Assembly: GCF_001194135.2 (NCBI RefSeq)
Contig: NC_069003.1
Location: forward strand, 29,014,985-29,078,984
DNA length: 64,000 nt
Reading direction: 5' to 3'
Source of the DNA: Octopus bimaculoides
Taxonomy: Eukaryota
This document shows positions 28,236 to 42,340 of this stretch, one piece after another. Positions within the stretch are counted from its first letter, which is position 1. Each line of letters starts with the position of its first letter. Both the position numbers and the translations under genes were made by a program. Below the pieces are notes generated by a model that saw only the letters and a program-made list of their open reading frames with translations, did no database searches and was not told where the DNA came from.

Positions 28236-30619
28236 TACACTATATCATATTTCTTTCATCTTGACTTCGTTATTTACTTCAAACGCAGTAAAATATTACC
28301 GGTGCATCCTTTATTGAAAGTAGAATAAATGTCACTGGCGCATTTCGCATAGAAGGTTTTAATTACACATTGAAAAATATATATATACAGAAAGATTTAC
28401 ACTGTTTTATTAATCATATTCATGTTGTTACTATGATATGAATTACATGCATCTTTCAAGAAACCCAAGCATTAAAATGAAGTTTGTGAAGCAGCATAAT
28501 ACATTTTAAACCAGCAAGGCAATTAAATGGCGTTTCGTATAAAGAGCTGCATTGCTATATATGAAAGATTAATGCATAAGCTGCGAAAATTTGGAAGAGA
28601 AATATTTGAAAATGAATATACCCGATATATATAAAATTTCGTGCGTTATTTCTAAAATTTCCCTTATTAATGTGTTAATAACAACAACAACAACTTAAAA
28701 TCGCAATTACATAAGTCCTCTATCTTGTAAAATATTGAATAAATATCATCCTTAATAGCTTTTCCCAGCTGTTAGACTGGTTGATAGATTGATAAGCTGC
28801 TTTCTCCTCTTTTGTAAAAGTGTGATTCAATAACATTATCCTGCATTATTATAGGAATATCTCCGGTCTAAAGTATAGCATCTTTTAGATATTAAATTCA
28901 TCATTTCCGTCTTCAAGTACCTGTGGTACTCAGGCCTAGAATATTCACTCATTTACTAAGATAAACTCATATTCACTGGCAAATGTTGTATAACGGCGAA
29001 TATACTAGCTCACTGTGTTCTGAACTCAGAACACAGTTCAATTTTGTCTTTGTGATTTCTAGAATGATAGACCATGAAGTACAGGTCAAGACTGTTAAAA
29101 TAATATACCAACTAACCCTGCTGTATTTGATTTAACCCATCGTCGAGTAAAATGTCACATGCTGCTTTTCGGTCCATTAATGTATTTAACTCGGCCGCAA
29201 GCATTTAGATCAAGGTCTCTTATTTGAGCAAACTTCTACATTTTATCCCACATGCCTTGAAGGGCTCGAAAATATAAAGGGTCTCATAGGCAATAATTTT
29301 CCTTCCTATATTAAGCAGTACCGAAATTGATGTATAAGATACATTTTATTTTTGATACTTGCAATAACAAAATTATTGAAAAAAAACAATATCTTGAACC
29401 ACGAGGAATAGAGCTATTGCACGCTAGATTTATGTTGAGTATTATTACCTATTTATAAATTCTTTTAGAATTTGAACAGAACTTTTTCTTTTATTTCCCA
29501 GAGTTCTAGAAGAAACTTCATTGTTATGTAATATTATATTCTAACACCGAATTGCTTTATATCTTTATATTGGATTAAAAACTCTTAACTGTAATATTGG
29601 TTTTATTGTTTTTGTTTTACTGGGTCTTTTTAATAAGTTGTCAATGTGTGTATATCGCTTCTAACCTGAAAATCCTTTGTCAAGCGTTGATCAAAAAGCG
29701 TCCTTGAAATTTCAATAATTCTACTCCGTTAATAAAACTTTTATTCTTTAAGACATTTTTCCTTAAAATTGTGATTCTTGCCTTGTATTTATATTACACA
29801 ACGTTTCCTTGATAGGTATTTTTGTATTTAACTTACTTTTACTCTAGAGATTCCATTTTTTACATTTCCTTGTGTATATAACAGTTCGATAACTTCTAAT
29901 ATACAATAGCTGTAAAAGGTATATTAATCACGCGTGAATTTTTTGTGAATCATACTACTTTTGTCAGTCATTTTCGAGTGCAAAAGCCATTATTGGAAAA
30001 AAATGCACTCGGTAAATCAAATGCATTAATCTTTAAGGCTTATGTGCAAAACAACAACGTTTGTTATTATTGTTGCTCATCTTATTTGTGAAGCTATAAC
30101 TCTAGAAATAGTTAATTATACTTATTGATTTTTTTAGTAAAAATTCTAATTTATCTCGCCTATTCGTGTACGAAATGTGCATTTACTAAGTAATTCTGTC
30201 ATCAGCACTGCAGTGTATACATTCGTGTTTCTGCTTCGCTAAGGAGATTTGCTCAATCGAATTATTACAAAAATCTTCTCAAGTACAATCTATGGGTTTT
30301 ATATTTTTATTATATTTGACACAAGTTGTTGTTGTTTGTTTAACCACAGGTTAACCGTTACGCAACTGACTTACTGATCGAGGAAACAAGTTAGTCATTA
30401 ACCGAATGTTGTCTTTTCCTTGTCATTTAAAATGTTTTAAAAAAAGCTGCATTAAATATGTTAGCGCTACCATAATATTTTTATATAATTTTTTGTCAAA
30501 AGACGGAGGTGAAGTGCGAACATAAACACTGCATTGCATTTCGATCGTCCGTCTAAGGATTCTGTCAGTATTCGTTCCGGCACGTGATATCTAGAAGTAA
30601 TTGACTTCACATATTGCTT

Positions 30620-30930
30620 ATTCCTTTATTTATTGTCTTTCACTTGTCTCAGTCACTGGACCGCTGCCAAGCTGGGGCAAATCTTTGAAGAATTTTCGTC
30701 GAAAACAGTGACTCTTGTACTAAATGTTACAGACTGGAAATGGTTCTGTCGATCACATAATATAGTCGTCAAGTGTGAGAGCCAAACAAGGATAAAGACA
30801 CAGAAATACACACAAACACGTATGTAAGGTATTTAAGTTGGGTTTCGAGACAGTTTTCTGTACCGAATTCGTTCACAAGGTACTGGATAACCCCGGATTA
30901 TAGACGAAGAGCCTTGCCCACTGGCAGACT
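30620..30930 (-). mobile_element. Degenerate SINE family A copy
   Basis: ctttcacttgtctcagtcactggaccgctgccaagctggggc...ttttctgtaccgaattcgttcacaagg is collinear with the reverse complement of family A. Confidence 0.6.
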
Positions 30931-31240
30931 CGCCACAGTGTTTGATAGAGGGCCTTTAAGAATCTTTCCCAAAGCTGCACTTTGTGCTAAAATCCCGCCA
31001 AATCAAATTTTATCCCCTCAAAATCTGTATACTTGTAACAAAGGAGTGGATTAACAGATAAGATACCACGTGTTATCTGTCAACGCTTCAGGCGTTCAAC
31101 CATTAACACCTACTATGGCATCGATGCCAAGATCTATAGGACTCAAGGATGTGACTTTGTTTTGAACAATATTACAAGTGAAGACAGAGAAGATATGCAC
31201 AAGCAGTCAACACTAAGCAATCCCCACACAGAACCATAAC

Positions 31241-31274
<34 letters not shown>

Positions 31275-31532
31275 TCAGATGCAGATACTTGGTCTACAAT
31301 GAGCAAAGAAGCACCCTAGATGCCATCATTAATAGGACTTTATAAGATAATATGATATCGTGAATTCTATTGCATAACTTACGTTCACTGATATATATTT
31401 GAAGGTTTGAAGGAAGCCTGACAAAATAAGCAGAAGTCAAAATGCGTTGACCCACACAAATATAATTATCCATACACTATTAGACGCACACAGAGTCAAA
31501 GAGACACACATACGTGCATATATATATATATG

Positions 31533-31830
31533 GTTGGCACTCCGTCGGTTACGACGACAAGGGTTCCAGTTGATCCGATCAACGGAACAGCCTGCTCGTG
31601 AAATTAACGTGCAAGTGGCTGAGCACTCCACAGACACGTGTACCCTTAACGTAGTTCTCGGGGGAGATTCAGCGTGATACAGAGTGTGACAAGGCTGGCC
31701 CTTTGAATTACAGGCACAACAGAAACAGGAAGAAAGAGTGAGAGAAAGTTGTGGTGAAAGAGTACAGCAGGGTTTGCCACCATCCCCTACCGGAGCCTCG
31801 TGGAACTTTAGGTGTTTTCACTCAATAAAC
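31533..31830 (-). mobile_element. SINE family C, long variant (5' end lost in assembly gap)
   Basis: tggcactccgtcggttacgacgacaagggttccag...caagtggctgagcactcc...gtgacaaggctggccc is shared with 9468-9632; a different block follows up to the N gap. Confidence 0.82.
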
Positions 31831-32011
31831 NNNNNNNNNNNNNNNNNNNNNNNNNNNNNNNNNNNNNNNNNNNNNNNNNNNNNNNNNNNNNNNNNNNNNN
31901 NNNNNNNNNNNNNNNNNNNNNNNNNNNNNNNNNNNNNNNNNNNNNNNNNNNNNNNNNNNNNNNNNNNNNNNNNNNNNNNNNNNNNNNNNNNNNNNNNNNN
32001 NNNNNNNNNNN

Positions 32012-32060
<49 letters not shown>

Positions 32061-32409
32061 AATATATCAAAGTTTGCACTATGGTGGTTAGTACGCATGT
32101 CGCCCACGCGTTCGATTATAAATAATGTATTTATGGCCTAGTATATGTAAGCCTGCGTAGATTACCTCCAAATATCACGTTAGATATGAGTAACAAATAT
32201 TACCTAATAGTATATTATAGTTATGTTCAGCAATAAATTGGAAAATAATATTGAAAGATATTTAGCATCAACACAAAATTTTATAGACTAGTTAAATATA
32301 AAATATATTCGTTTCACATGTACAGAGAAATTTATCCATGTTTGGTAAATATAGTATAGATGCTGACATTCCCGGAAAAAATATTTTATCTATGATTTTT
32401 TTAAATATC

Positions 32410-32610
32410 TTTTACGTGTTTCAGTCATTAGACTGCTTTGAAGGGTTCAATCATTAGTCGAACAAATTGATGCCACTTTCAATTTTTTCACAAAATTCTT
32501 CCACTTATTTTTCGGTCTCTTTCTCCAAAACTGCTAAATTACTGGGAGATGAACAAACCAGCATCATTTCTGAAGCAGTGGTGGTACACAAACACAATCG
32601 CAAAGACAAT
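32410..32610 (-). mobile_element. SINE family A 3' fragment
   Basis: tttacgtgtttcagtcattagactg...tagtcgaacaaattg...aaaccagcatc matches the reverse complement of the family A 3' half. Confidence 0.6.
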
Positions 32611-33784
32611 TTCTTTCAGTGCTGCAGAGATATGCCAGATTAGTTTGACAGATTTTGGATAGTGACAAACATCGAGATTTTAAGAAATGTGAATTCATTC
32701 TGAAAATTCTAGATGAAATATAAGATCATCTGTACTTTGATCAATCGGAGATAAGCAGATAACACGAGGAAAAGCGGGAGTAGTAAGACAGAGAGAAAGA
32801 GAGAGTGTGAAAGCATGAGAGAAGGGAAGAGAGAAAGAGAGAAATGCAGAGTAACAGAGAGACAGAAAGAAAGAGAAAAGAAACGTTCGAAGAGCTTAAC
32901 ATATGGCTTCAGTAATGCCAGCCTAAGAGTTGTGTTGACAATGTGTGGTTGTATATTATACATTCCTGATGGCCGACGCCTTTTGGCCTGACGCATGGAA
33001 ACGAGAGATTTTTAGTTACCTCCTCTGTCAATTCATGTGTACCTTGTGATATGGTACTAACTCGTTGGTGCTACTTTGGCGTGTGATCTACAACTTCGAG
33101 GGTATTTACGTTAGGTTAATTTTTAGTTTCTTTACGTTGCAACACGCGCGGCTGCCAAACCCATGTGATCTATGCATTTATTCTAACTATTATATTGTTT
33201 AATCTTGGTTTCTTTTTATTATTTACTAACACATAAATGAAATATTGTTTAATAATTATTAAAATAGCAAGAAGTTTGAAAAATTACATTTCCAATGCTA
33301 AGTATGTACAAAAGAATTTATTGTTAAAAATCTTGAGCCAACATATTATGGGACTTTGGAAATGGAAAAACGAACTGAAAAGTAACCTAAAGTAATAGCT
33401 CGTTAAGTTGTAGCTCAGACGCCAAAGTAGCACTAAATATGTTTTGAATACTATACGCGATATTTCCACACGAGTTTACGCAATTTCAGTTCCTTTCTTT
33501 ACTCTTGTACATTATAGACACTTGCTTTGGCTAACAAAATTTGAATAATCGACTTTTAGTATGTCAATCACTTTATAACCTTCATTTTTTGTTGCCGTTG
33601 TAATTTCTTGAGTTCCCATTATTGCAAAGATTGGGAGGGGATCAGGTGAAAGTTTAATTTAATCTTTTTCGTTTTCGTTTACTAGTCTTAAAGCGCCTAA
33701 AATGGTCATGGAGTTTTGCCCTTCTACGTCTGAATAAGCCATTAAATATTGGTTTCGAATTTTGGTGGAAAGCTAGCATTTTGG

Positions 33785-33968
33785 TGGGTAGGGTGGCAAG
33801 TCGATTAAATCGACGCCAATGCTCCACTGGTATTTCTTCAACCGAGTCCGAAAAGACTAAAATGTATATTCGGCCTCGACGGAATTTGAAATCAAAATTT
33901 AAAGACGGACGAAATACTGCTAAGCATTTTGGTCAGCGTGATAACAATTCTTCCAGCTCGGTGCCTTC
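33785..33968 (-). mobile_element. SINE family B copy
   Basis: agtcgattaaatcgac...actggta...ggaatttgaaatc...gacggacgaaatactgctaagcattt...ccagctcggtgcc is the reverse complement of family B. Confidence 0.78.
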
Positions 33969-35026
33969 AATGCATTAGATATTAGGAGTTCTTTTTAATC
34001 TAGTTTCAAAGTAGATTACTCCTCTCACTGATCAGATAATATTTTGTAAACATAATGATTACTATTGAAACTGTTATGTATATTTTATATTTTATTTCAC
34101 GCTTATTGTATGTGTCATTTCTTTCTTTAAAGTTTTTCTTGTCTTCTCTTTGTTTCCAATGTGTTCTCATTTATAAAGAAGCTGTCACTGTTGCGTTCGT
34201 TAGAAATTTCTTGTATATCATTTATGCTTTTCTCATCTTTGTTAGTTTGAGCATAATAGTTTGGACATAACATCAGAGAGAACATGGTTTCGTAAACACG
34301 GACAGCTATTCAGAAAATATTTCACAGGCAAATTGTTTTATTAAGCGTGATGTAGCGCATGACTTTTATACAGTTGAAATGGATTTCGTATTTTAATAAA
34401 TAATTTTATTTTATTTCATGATTCTCCCTTTGTGATGTTAAGGCTGGATATTACAGCAACAACATGAAGCAGATGATTACTTCAATTGTCTTCTGCGAGC
34501 ATAATTCTGTGTGTTGGCTAATAAAATGTCGCCTGGATTCAAACGATCTCTGTTGTTTACATTGAAGTATATTGAACTTAAACAAGTATGTTTTGAGAGT
34601 AGCAACTCGAAGAGGCCAGACTCAGGCATTTCAATAACATAAACAAATTCAGGTATGTTAAATACCATACAAAACAATTTTCTGATTTATTAAAATCATT
34701 TCGGCCTCTAGAGCATACATCACAATTACCAAGTAGCAATTAAGATCAGCTGCACATGAGAAAGGCAGATAATCGGCATAGTCAAGAGTTTCTGGACAAT
34801 TTACATGACATTAAGAAAAATGGAAGACTTATTGTTTGAACATAAGAGGATAATTCTGGTGGTGTGTTTCTGGTTCAATAAACATTTCCAAGCCTTATCT
34901 TCAGTAACACACACACCCACGTACGCACACACTTACACATACTTATATATACCTACACATAAACATATGTATATACATACATGTATATATATCTGTCATA
35001 TATATATATATATATAAATGTATATG

Positions 35027-35075
<49 letters not shown>

Positions 35076-35451
35076 NNNNNNNNNNNNNNNNNNNNNNNNN
35101 NNNNNNNNNNNNNNNNNNNNNNNNNNNNNNNNNNNNNNNNNNNNNNNNNNNNNNNNNNNNNNNNNNNNNNNNNNNNNNNNNNNNNNNNNNNNNNNNNNNN
35201 NNNNNNNNNNNNNNNNNNNNNNNNNNNNNNNNNNNNNNNNNNNNNNNNNNNNNNNNNNNNNNNNNNNNNNNNNNNNNNNNNNNNNNNNNNNNNNNNNNNN
35301 NNNNNNNNNNNNNNNNNNNNNNNNNNNNNNNNNNNNNNNNNNNNNNNNNNNNNNNNNNNNNNNNNNNNNNNNNNNNNNNNNNNNNNNNNNNNNTATACAT
35401 ATGTGTGCCTATATGTATGTATATATATATGTGCGTGTGTGTGTCCGTCTG

Positions 35452-35529
<78 letters not shown>

Positions 35530-37077
35530 GACAGAGTGAGGGAAATAATTAAATCTAGATATGCATATGTGTTTTCATACAGATGTAAATAAATAAATAA
35601 ATAAATAAATATATATATATATACAGAGTGACGGTGAGAAGATATAGGTTCTATATATACTTCGAAATATATTTAGCTTTGCCATGCAAAATCACACCGA
35701 GCTGATTCCACATTTGTTTGTCTCTCTCAAAGTTTTCAGAGTTCCGAAATGCATTGTGCTGTCTGCCATCTTCCTTTGTAGCGAACTGCATCAAGCCATC
35801 CATGTAAATCACTTGAATGAAACTTTTGTCACGTATATCATATTCTTGTCAGAAGATATTTCACTCGGCAAAGTTCTCCCACTTATTGGAATAATTTTGG
35901 TAGTATCTTTAATGTTTATTTTTGGAAGTTTATTCCCATGTGTGTAATGAAATTGACGAACATCCACAATATTAGATTAATGCTAAACGTTTCTGAATAC
36001 TTTTGTATTCATGTATCCAAGGAAATGTCACGTTGTCAATAATTTTCGCACAGTCAATTTAAGTAAATGCCACTTCTTTCTCTCTCTAATTCCAATATTT
36101 ATTTCATTCAACTATGCTGTTGTTGTAACTTACCCTCAGCAAGACGTGACCGACCCTTGCTGTGGTCAAACACTTCTCAGACATTGTTATATCGTAACAT
36201 TTCCAAGCTTAATGTATCTAAGAATATGTAAAGTAATTTCAAAGAGGAGGATATGGAGGGAGATTTCTTACCGGTATCTCTAGCATGCGAAAGCCGACTT
36301 ATAGACTTTCTTTGTCGGCCACCTTCTGTTATATATTAACAAAGATACTTTGAGAGAGCAAGAATTTAGTTTATGATTTTTTTTTTGTCCTTTTGTTACA
36401 TTTAGGACTGAGCTTCGGTAATGGTTTAGAAAATTTCATGCGATTTGGTATTGGTATACGCCGTTTGCAAATTATGGTTATAATCTACTGGAGCTCTTGT
36501 AATATAAATAAGATAAAATTTATGAATTCTGTGCCGTGGATGGATGTTGAAGAATTAGAATTCAAAATATCAATACTTGATGTATTTATTTTTCATCAGT
36601 TTTCCGAATTTTTCTTCAAGGCTATTTTAATTATCATTGCCAGATATTAGATTTTATTCTAATCTTTATTAAGATGAACATTAATTAAGAAAACTGATGA
36701 CAGAATATTTTACAAATATGATCATACCATCATTTTGTGGGTACCTAGTATACATTTCCAGTTTAAACTTTCGTTATGATTAAAAATATCGAGTATCATT
36801 CTATTCAAGTAGGACTTTAGTATTTTTTTAATCAAACGACTGCGTAGATCCTCTTTTAATTGTTTTTTTTCCTCCACATATTGTCGTCATCATGTGCGCG
36901 TTATGCGCATGCGTCCAATTGTGTGGACGACGAGAGAAAGAGAGTTATAGAAAAATGTTTCAGCTATTTTGCTTCATAATTATTGTAAAGATCATTATAT
37001 CAGATTTTTTTTATATATAATCCAGTATTGCTCATCATTTGATAAGTGATTTATTCTTTCATATTATTTCATCGGAT

Positions 37078-37296
37078 GAAGGCGGCGAGCTGGCAGAAAC
37101 GTTAGCACGCCGGGCGAAATGCTTAGCGGTATTTCATCTGTCTTTATGTTCTGAGTTCAAATTCCGCCTAGATTGACTTTGCCTTTCATTGTTTCGGGGT
37201 CGATAAATTAAGTACCAGTCTCATACTGGAGGCCATCTAATCAACTGGCACCCGCCCCCACCTAAAGCTTCGGCCCTTGTGCCTAGAGTAGAAAAG
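37078..37296 (+). mobile_element. tRNA-derived SINE, family B, full-length
   Basis: ggcggcgagctggcagaaacgttagcacgccgggcgaaatgcttagcgg...gagttcaaattcc (B box)...gcctttcat...ggggtcgataaattaagtaccag...cccttgtgcctagagtagaaaag. Confidence 0.88.
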
Positions 37297-39361
37297 ATCA
37301 TTTCATTGGCGGTTGAGTTGCTCATAGAAAAATTAATTCAGACCTTTTGCAATTAAACTTTTGCCTCTGTGTTGTATGTATTCTATATGAATTATATTTA
37401 AGTTTCACAATAATTCGGTGGCACTCTTGCACTCTTATACTGTGTACCTAGCCTTAAATGATATCTCAACGTCAGTTCGCCAAAAGCAAAGACGTTCTAC
37501 CATAGTACTCTTACATAACCTGTACCTAGCTATAATAGTCATAGAAAACTACAGCATTTCCCCATTACGACTATTATGTTTCAGCAGTATAAATAGCCAA
37601 TATTTAGCTTTAATAATTATGACCACCTTCATCAGTCGGCCAGCAAATTTGGAAGTTTTTCAAAGTAACGTTACATTGCATATAACTAGCTGTAATGGAT
37701 ATGGCTGTCCGCTCGTAGTTTACCAGCAGTTATACAAAGCTATCATAGGCCATTTAGCTGAAGAAATTGAACGATCAATGCTGTAGACTTTCATCGGATT
37801 TCTTTCTCTAACATATCATTTGCAAGATTATGATCGAACAGAAATCATTGCAGAAAACATTTATTTCGTATTTCAAGCAGTTTGATTTCATCAAAGACCA
37901 CGTTATTGTAAAGGAAGATTCTTAACGAATGAGTAATTCATGTCCTTTTCTGAGGCCTTACGTATATTAAATTTAATTTAAATAACTATATCCGCCTTCC
38001 CTTGTTAACGAAGAAGTTAGCTGAAAGAGAACTGCCAAGTGTCGGCCGTTCTCTGAGACACACATACCACGCAAAGAACCGCGTTATGGCAGAAATGAAC
38101 TGTCGGATTCCACAAAACACTAGGATCCGGCCCCTTAGCAGAAGACAGTTGTGCCGTGACTGCTGACGAATTTGGAATACTAATTAAGGTTTGGAATATA
38201 TGTTAAGTGTCCGATTTGGAGCCCGACGAAAGTGAAAGTGCAAGTAGTAGTTGATAGCTGCTCCTGCTAATAATGATGATGACGACAACCTCGATGATGT
38301 CGACGAGTTTTGATAGCTGCTTTCTGCTATGAATCTCTTAGGAATAATCAATGCGTTCAATATTATAAAATTTTCCAAAATAAAAAAAAAACAGCAAATA
38401 AACTATGAATTATAAATCAATGGATAAATACAAATATAAAAATATATAATAAATGATAATAAAGGAAAAAAAATGAAGAATGGAATGAAAGATAATCAAA
38501 TATGCCGCCTAACCAACGATATGTTATAGCAAAGCTACATCACTGAAAAAGCATTTCAGAATATTCCTACATAAACGAAATCACTATCTTTATTGAAGTT
38601 ACTAGAAAGAAAAAAAAAGAGATTTATTGACGTTTTTTTTTATCCCATATTCAATGCATTCACTTTTAGTTTCAATATTTAAATTATTTTTCTTGATGTC
38701 ATTATTACATGAAAAGCATTGAGTTGTTTGCAATAATTGGTATGTTTTATTGTTTCCAATTTAATTTTATTTCATATTTTGATTGATCATTATTCTGCAT
38801 TATGATGCCATTCTGACAGAAAGAAGGGCAGCTCGGGTGAAATTTTTCAATATTGTGCGTGCTTGAGGAAATGTGAGTGGAACCTGCCCTCAAACAAGAG
38901 ATCTTGCTTGAGAGCTTGCAACAAAGTAAACTGCACTGACAACACACAAGGAGCAAGAAGGGTGTTAAACCGACCACGGATTTAATCAGTTTCTTAATAT
39001 TTGTTCTTTGCGATGGTCGCACTCATTCACCGTTTATGAAGTCTCACTCACCATGAGCAGTATCTGTAACAAGCATAACAAAATGTCATTTTTTATCTTT
39101 TTTACATTACTTTTCCCCTCTCCGGTTAATTTATATCTACACATAATATTACGTTATCATATTTTGCTTAGATTTCAAATTCAGAGTGTGTTTTGTTGAT
39201 ATTTAGGTAGGGGACTGACGTCAGCCATGGTTCATGCAATACTCAGAAATATTAGACTAGCTGCGAAGGAGAGAGAAGAGGTTGCCAGAAAATTGTCAGA
39301 ATCTTCTGAAAAAGCCAGCCATTACATTTAGCTAAAGAGACAGGATAAGTGGTGCAGCAAG

Positions 39362-39580
39362 AAAGCGGCGGGCTGGCAGAAACGTTAGCACGCCGGGCGA
39401 AATGCTTAGCGGTCTTTCGTCTGCCGCTACGTTCTGAGTTCAAATTCCACCGAGGTCAACTTTGCCTTTCATCCTTTCGGGGTCGATTCAATAAGTACCA
39501 GTTACGCACTGGGGTCGATATAATCGACTTAATCCGTTTGTCCCCACTGTGTGTAGCCCCTTGTGGGCAGTAAAGAAATA
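39362..39580 (+). mobile_element. SINE family B copy
   Basis: Nearly identical 5' two-thirds to 37078-37296; different 3' end (ccccttgtgggcagtaaagaaata) followed by a compound microsatellite. Confidence 0.88.
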
Positions 39581-39584
39581 CATA

Positions 39585-39591
39585 TACATAT

Positions 39592-39682
<91 letters not shown>

Positions 39683-40258
39683 TGTATGTATGTATGGATA
39701 TATATGTATACGTACATGATCGGAAATAGTGTGAGCAGTAGATTTTACGATCACAAAAGGGTGACGTTTGGGAACACTGTTTAAACGAGTCGGGGAGGCG
39801 GGTATCAGGTAACGGTTTAGTGTGGGTGGATGAAGTAACCTCTGTTATTGACTGTAATATAAATTAGCCATGTTTGAACGTATAGTACCAGTAAGATATG
39901 CCGACCGATGCAATAGATTTCATTTCTTGATTTATCTGGCCTTTTGTTCATGTAAAAACAAAATCGATATTTTCACTGGTGCATATGATTGGGATTAGTG
40001 TTTTCTTTTTGTGTATCGCATAGTATGCTTTTGTGTATGCGTGTGTATACTGTATGCATGCATTATATGTGTCCATATATAACTATATACATACATACAT
40101 GCATACATGCATACATACATATATATACATTTATATGTACACGTATTACATACATATATACATATAATATATATATATATATATATAAATTTATATATCT
40201 ATACATATTCACATATATATACATATGTATATATACATATATACATATATACATATGC

Positions 40259-40352
<94 letters not shown>

Positions 40353-40390
40353 GTCTATCTTCCTCTCTCTATATATATGAATATATACGA
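39585..40390. repeat. (CA)n/(TATG)n and degenerate (AT)n fields separated by unique sequence
   Basis: Arrays at about 39585-39710 and 40070-40390. Confidence 0.9.
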
Positions 40391-42080
40391 ATATGAAAGC
40401 AAACATGTATATAGGTATCTATGTGTGCTTATTAAGGTTATCTGATGGAAGAAGAGCGATATATATCTATGTGTCCACCTGCCTATCATTCTACCCTCCC
40501 ATCGTCCTATTTATGTACCCATATACAAAAGTGTGTGTGCAAAATGAGNNNNNNNNNNNNNNNNNNNNNNNNNNNNNNNNNNNNNNNNNNNNNNNNNNNN
40601 NNNNNNNNNNNNNNNNNNNNNNNNNNNNNNNNNNNNNNNNNNNNNNNNNNNNNNNNNNNNNNNNNNNNNNNNNNNNNNNNNNNNNNNNNNNNNNNNNNNN
40701 NNNNNNNNNNNNNNNNNNNNNNNNNNNNNNNNNNNNNNNNNNNNNNNNNNNNNNNNNNNNNNNNNNNNNNNNNNNNNNNNNNNNNNNNNNNNNNNNNNNN
40801 NNNNNATATATATATATATACATTTATATATATACACACATATATATGCATGTACACATACATATACATTTGGTACATACAGACAGTAAATCATGGATAC
40901 AAATACATATATACGTATACACACACACAAGCATACACATATAAGCATATATACATTCATACACATACTTATATGTATTTATTTATATGTATGTTTATAC
41001 GTCAGTATAAGTGTGGCTGTGTGTACGGGGCATAGTTTTGCGAGTATGTGTGTGTCTGTATATGTAAACATTTCTTTTCCATACTATTGCGAAATCTTTT
41101 AATCATAGTAAATTCAATTTGGAATATTGCTTACAGGAACAAAAAAAAAAAGAAGAGATAGAGATAGCAAATAGGAATAGTGAATTGAAATAAATAGTGG
41201 AAATATATACTGAAGGTTGATTTCGAATTGACTTGTTCTCCGATATCCACTTAACGTGACCATCAATATATTTATGCTAATGATAGTTTACAATTGAAGA
41301 ACTTGGCCAACGTACAGGCAAGTTATCCACTTGAAGAAATTGACTGCAGTACATCCCAAACCTTACTTTATCTCTCACTGCAATTATGTAATAGGAATAG
41401 CAGTTTCACAAACTTGGATTTCAACCGAGCTCTTAGTTGAAAATAAATGACTGAAGACGAACTTCCGATGGAGTCTCCGTGCAGTGTTTTTTGAATATCA
41501 GTAAAATTTACCCAAGAATTTTAATCAGCATTATGTAATATGACCTTCCTATTTGTTTAAATATTCTATAAAATAAAAACTGGTGATCTGACTGTTATAA
41601 TATATTTTGCGGTCGTTTAAAAGTCCCTTCTTTTGGCTTGTTTGATTTCATTTCACGATACACATCTGTACAGGCTTCATCAACCGCAAACCTTATAAAC
41701 ACCCGTTTCATGCTTTACACATTCCATTGCTTTGGCTTTATTTATTCTGCTTTCGACGCATTTCTGAACAATACCTATTTCTATTTTGCAAGCTGATCAA
41801 CAGAAAGTCGTCTTGCTTACCGACGGAAGTGAATCTGCCGGTTTTACTAAACGTTATGAATGCGAACATTGTAAAACACTGACAAGAAACATCTGCTTTT
41901 CCCTGTGCCTTCTACAGATGCGCCGATGGCATTCTGATTCTCACATTCCGATGGAAAGCTGGTAACCTATGTCATATATTTAATGACAACGGCTAGCAGA
42001 TAGACTTGGCAATGTAAAATTTCACCAACATTTAAACGCTAACCATCCCCCGTTTTCTATTTCCCTCTCTCTCAGTCTCA

Positions 42081-42122
<42 letters not shown>

Positions 42123-42173
42123 AGTTACCATGCTACCATTCCTGCGTGATTTCGAACACATCACTATAGACAG

Positions 42174-42340
42174 GGGTTCATTAACGTCGGTCACCAACAT
42201 AATGATGGTGTCAGCAGTGTATTTTGTGCGTTACAATTCAGCGCCATCTCCCGCATAGAGAATGCATGCAGCGAACCTGTGCATAAAACCGCCAGTAACA
42301 AGTGATCTCAAAGGGTGGTAAAGGATCACGGGTTAACGGC
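42174..42340 (-). pseudogene. Possible cadherin-repeat relic
   Basis: LYAGDGAEL*RTKYTADTIIMLVTDVNEP resembles the A-x-D-G and V-x-D-V-N-E-P calcium-binding linker motifs; one in-frame stop. Confidence 0.3.

Noticed and set aside
28700-29900. Protein-like minus-strand translation with many stops
   Set aside because: No identifiable motif; cannot be told apart from AT-rich background.
37081-37170. tRNA gene call for SINE heads
   Set aside because: A/B-box-like motifs run on into SINE bodies with no complete cloverleaf.
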